DNA of 64,000 nt, from NCBI GenBank assembly GCA_051530055.1, contig CM121341.1, positions 2,592,128 to 2,656,127 on the forward strand, written 5' to 3'. Of this stretch, positions 61,522-64,000 are shown in pieces. How positions within the stretch are numbered: position 1 is the stretch's first letter; each line of letters begins with the position of its first letter. Under the pieces are notes generated by a model. The model was not told where the DNA came from. It saw only the letters and a program-made list of their open reading frames with translations, and ran no database searches. Origin of the DNA: Neoechinorhynchus agilis. Taxonomy: Eukaryota > Animalia > Acanthocephala. The position numbers and the translations under genes are program-made.

Positions 61522-62598
61522 ATTTTGTCTTGATTTCGACGGGTAGAATAACCACCTGAAATTGAAGCTTTTATCGTATGTATCTCTGTTTTTCCGCAAC
61601 AACGATGCTAGCGGCATGGATACACTTAAATCTCCGATAGCCACTCCTCATTTGGATTTATGATTGGTTCCAAATTTGTAGACCAAAGAGGAATTAATGG
61701 GATCCTCCAACGTTCGAATAATCACTGATAGTTTGAGTATAGGATGGAATCACTCCCAATAACGACATAATCTTCAATGTTCAGCGATCAACTCAGGTAC
61801 AATGTAGAAGGAGATCTGCGTGAGTTATAAAAAAGATAATAAAACAGTTACGTTTCGAATACCTTATCTCCATCATCGCGGATGAGAATTGGCAGGATTT
61901 ACTTGTATTGATTGGTGAAAATAAGATCCGGGATATCGAAGATTGACTTGGTCAAATCCGAAGTTGGGCTAATTGAGAGGGTCATTTGTTTCAAAGTATT
62001 AAATATAACGTGACTTCTCCCATGTCCATAAAAGGCCATCTTTTGGCAAGAAGGTTCGTGTAATGGACGACCAGGTTGCAATCCAGCGATCATAGATTTG
62101 AAGATTCTATGAAAAAGGGAGCAAGGTGGGTTCGTAGCTCCGAATGACTGCTTCGACCAAAAAACACTTAGAATAATTTAAGGATTCCATGAACTTTGCT
62201 AAACGAAAATCCAGAAGGAGAACTCTGTTAGAGATGAGGTAAGCCGAAGGAGGAATGAGTTAAAAGAAGAAATCACCCTCGTTCAAGATCGAGCAAAGGG
62301 AGCGTCAAAACTTAATCAAAACTTTTAAAATATTCAACTTGTCTGAATTCGGGAATCCTTTGATTTTAAAAAATAATCTCTAATTTGCCAGATTTGATCA
62401 ATTTACTGGTATGTAAATCGTTTTAGAGACATTCATTGAGAAAATAGTTACCGAAAGAGTATTTCGGAAGCCTTACAACGAATTGGAGGTTAGCTTCAGG
62501 AGAGTGTCGATAAAAAAAGAGCAGTGTAGATATGGACGGAAGGTTGAAGTTCGGAGATAGGCTGCTAATGGTCCAAACCGACAAAAACGACTACGACC

Positions 62599-63731
62599 TC
62601 ACCTTTGTTGATTCGTGAGTAAAATGATCCGGTCCAAAAAACTGAAGCAATCCGAGAAAACAGCGCCGATGAATGCAACAATCCTCGTCCACTTTGAAAC
62701 CATCAAACGGATTATCTTTAGGAGAATATTACGCAAAAATCGAAAAGCTTGAGAGAAAAATTTCAAATTCAATTCAAGTGTGAACATAATTTCAGTGATG
62801 TCTTCTCGTTCGAACTTTATTGATGTTAGATTGCAGTCGGGACACTCAATATGCCAAACAAGATTATTGAGTGTAGACGGATAACCATCTGTACCTAACA
62901 GCCAGTGGTCCGAATATGTAAACTCTCCTGCCTTGTAGTACGGTAGTAAGAACGAATAGAGCTGAACTATTGTGGCAGAGAGGTTCCACGTAGACCTATA
63001 GCTATCGAGGTGGTCGCAGATGTGCCTAGGTATAGTTGTAGGGTCTTCCGAAACGAAAGCCCACCGTTGAGCAGATCGGCGACTCCTATATCGACTGTAA
63101 ACTCTAACAGGTCTACGATTATAATAGTGCCCTATCTTATCTAGCAACTCAGCTTCGACCATAGGTGCACTCACGCGGAAGTGTTTAGTTCTGCTCCTCT
63201 GCAGACACATCCGCTGAACCTGAAATAACCTTTTTGACTTGATCCTTGGTAGAGGTTTGGCCTTTTGGGACCTTGGGTGCTAACTTAGAGTCTTCCTCGA
63301 AACAACTTTCAATGCAATGAGGATCGGTATACTTTTCATCTTGATCAATATCGAACATACCTTTATCATATCGTATTTCCCAACTAGCATTGTTAGCAAG
63401 AGAGAACGATAAATGAACATAAGCATTCAGCTTTGTATGCATGGCAAATAAAGGACCGATCGTTATAACATCAAACTGACCCCTGCATGACCTGGGAAGC
63501 AAAACACCGTGGAGAGATGTCCGAGCGAACGCCCGCAATGAAACCTTTTAATGTAATCAGGGGCATCATCTCGCGTGTAAGTCTAGTGTTAGGCCCGACT
63601 CTGAACGGTTCTAAAGTATCTGTCACCACTATAGACCATACAGCATTATTATAGAAAAACTTGGAACTAAGTTCATCATTAGTAGTTTGAACGGCCTGCG
63701 TATAGGCGTCCCCTATATGCAGGCCGTTCAA
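62599..63731 (-). pseudogene. Unidentified intronless coding region broken by two frameshifts
   Basis: Three overlapping minus-strand ORFs (63731-63471, 63538-63185, 63210-62599) read as one protein-like text; no family recognised. Confidence 0.4.
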
Positions 63732-63747
63732 ACTACTAATGGTGAAC
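63671..63747. repeat. 36-bp-stem hairpin
   Basis: Arms 63671-63706 and 63712-63747: 34 Watson-Crick pairs and 2 G-T pairs; 5-nt loop. Confidence 0.92.
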
Positions 63748-63779
63748 GGCCTGCATGTCCGTCTCGTGCAACTGGATAT

Positions 63780-64000
63780 TTCCAGGGCGTTCGAGTCGGT
63801 CGATCACTCCCTTCTCCTCCAATCATGTGCTTCCTTTGGCCTCCCAACCTGGCAGCTCGCTTGGATTTCCTCTCCAACCGCGAACTTCTTGTTCCTCCTC
63901 TCTGCCCATACTTAAAGGGGTCCTCAAAGGCGCCGTACTTTCCCCTCTCCTCTTTGACATTTTTCTAAATGACCATCCCCTCACTCCCATACCAAATATT
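63780..64000 (+). mobile_element. APE-type LINE RT fragment
   Basis: DFLSNR followed by KGVLKGAVLSPLLFDIFLND, matching the GVPQG.VLSPLLF.IF.ND motif. Confidence 0.7.

Larger units (their letters stand above)
40765..62511. repeat. Right arm of the large imperfect inverted duplication, with arm-specific DNA at about 44.3-51.1 kb and 54.66-60.8 kb
   Basis: See the left-arm correspondences. Confidence 0.88.

Overview
This is a eukaryotic, probably invertebrate, compact-genome window with 46-59 nt introns and heavy segmental duplication. Intact genes: two copies of a tandem alpha-crystallin-domain small heat-shock protein (1-754 +, partial; 37219-38061 -, with TATA box and HSE-like promoter), two copies of a 5-exon adenylate kinase (2669-3496 -, 39257-40084 -), a 2-exon AT-hook protein (58504-59191 -) and a small putative secreted peptide (9507-9755 +). 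Dead or derived material: three HIPK/DYRK-like kinase pseudogenes with shared lesions; a scrambled rDNA relic (18S fragment fused to the 28S 3' half) with an RLE-type retroelement fragment at the R2 site; many CRE-clade non-LTR retrotransposon fragments; and Ty3/Gypsy, Penelope and APE-type LINE fragments. Most of 21.6-62.5 kb is one imperfect palindrome around a 6.4 kb core containing the sHSP and AK genes. Each arm carries a 370-bp tandem array whose unit has a tRNA(Met-CAT)-like fold supported by a compensatory base-pair change, which I consider the best candidate for an undescribed element. All family assignments come from motif recognition by eye; no searches were run.
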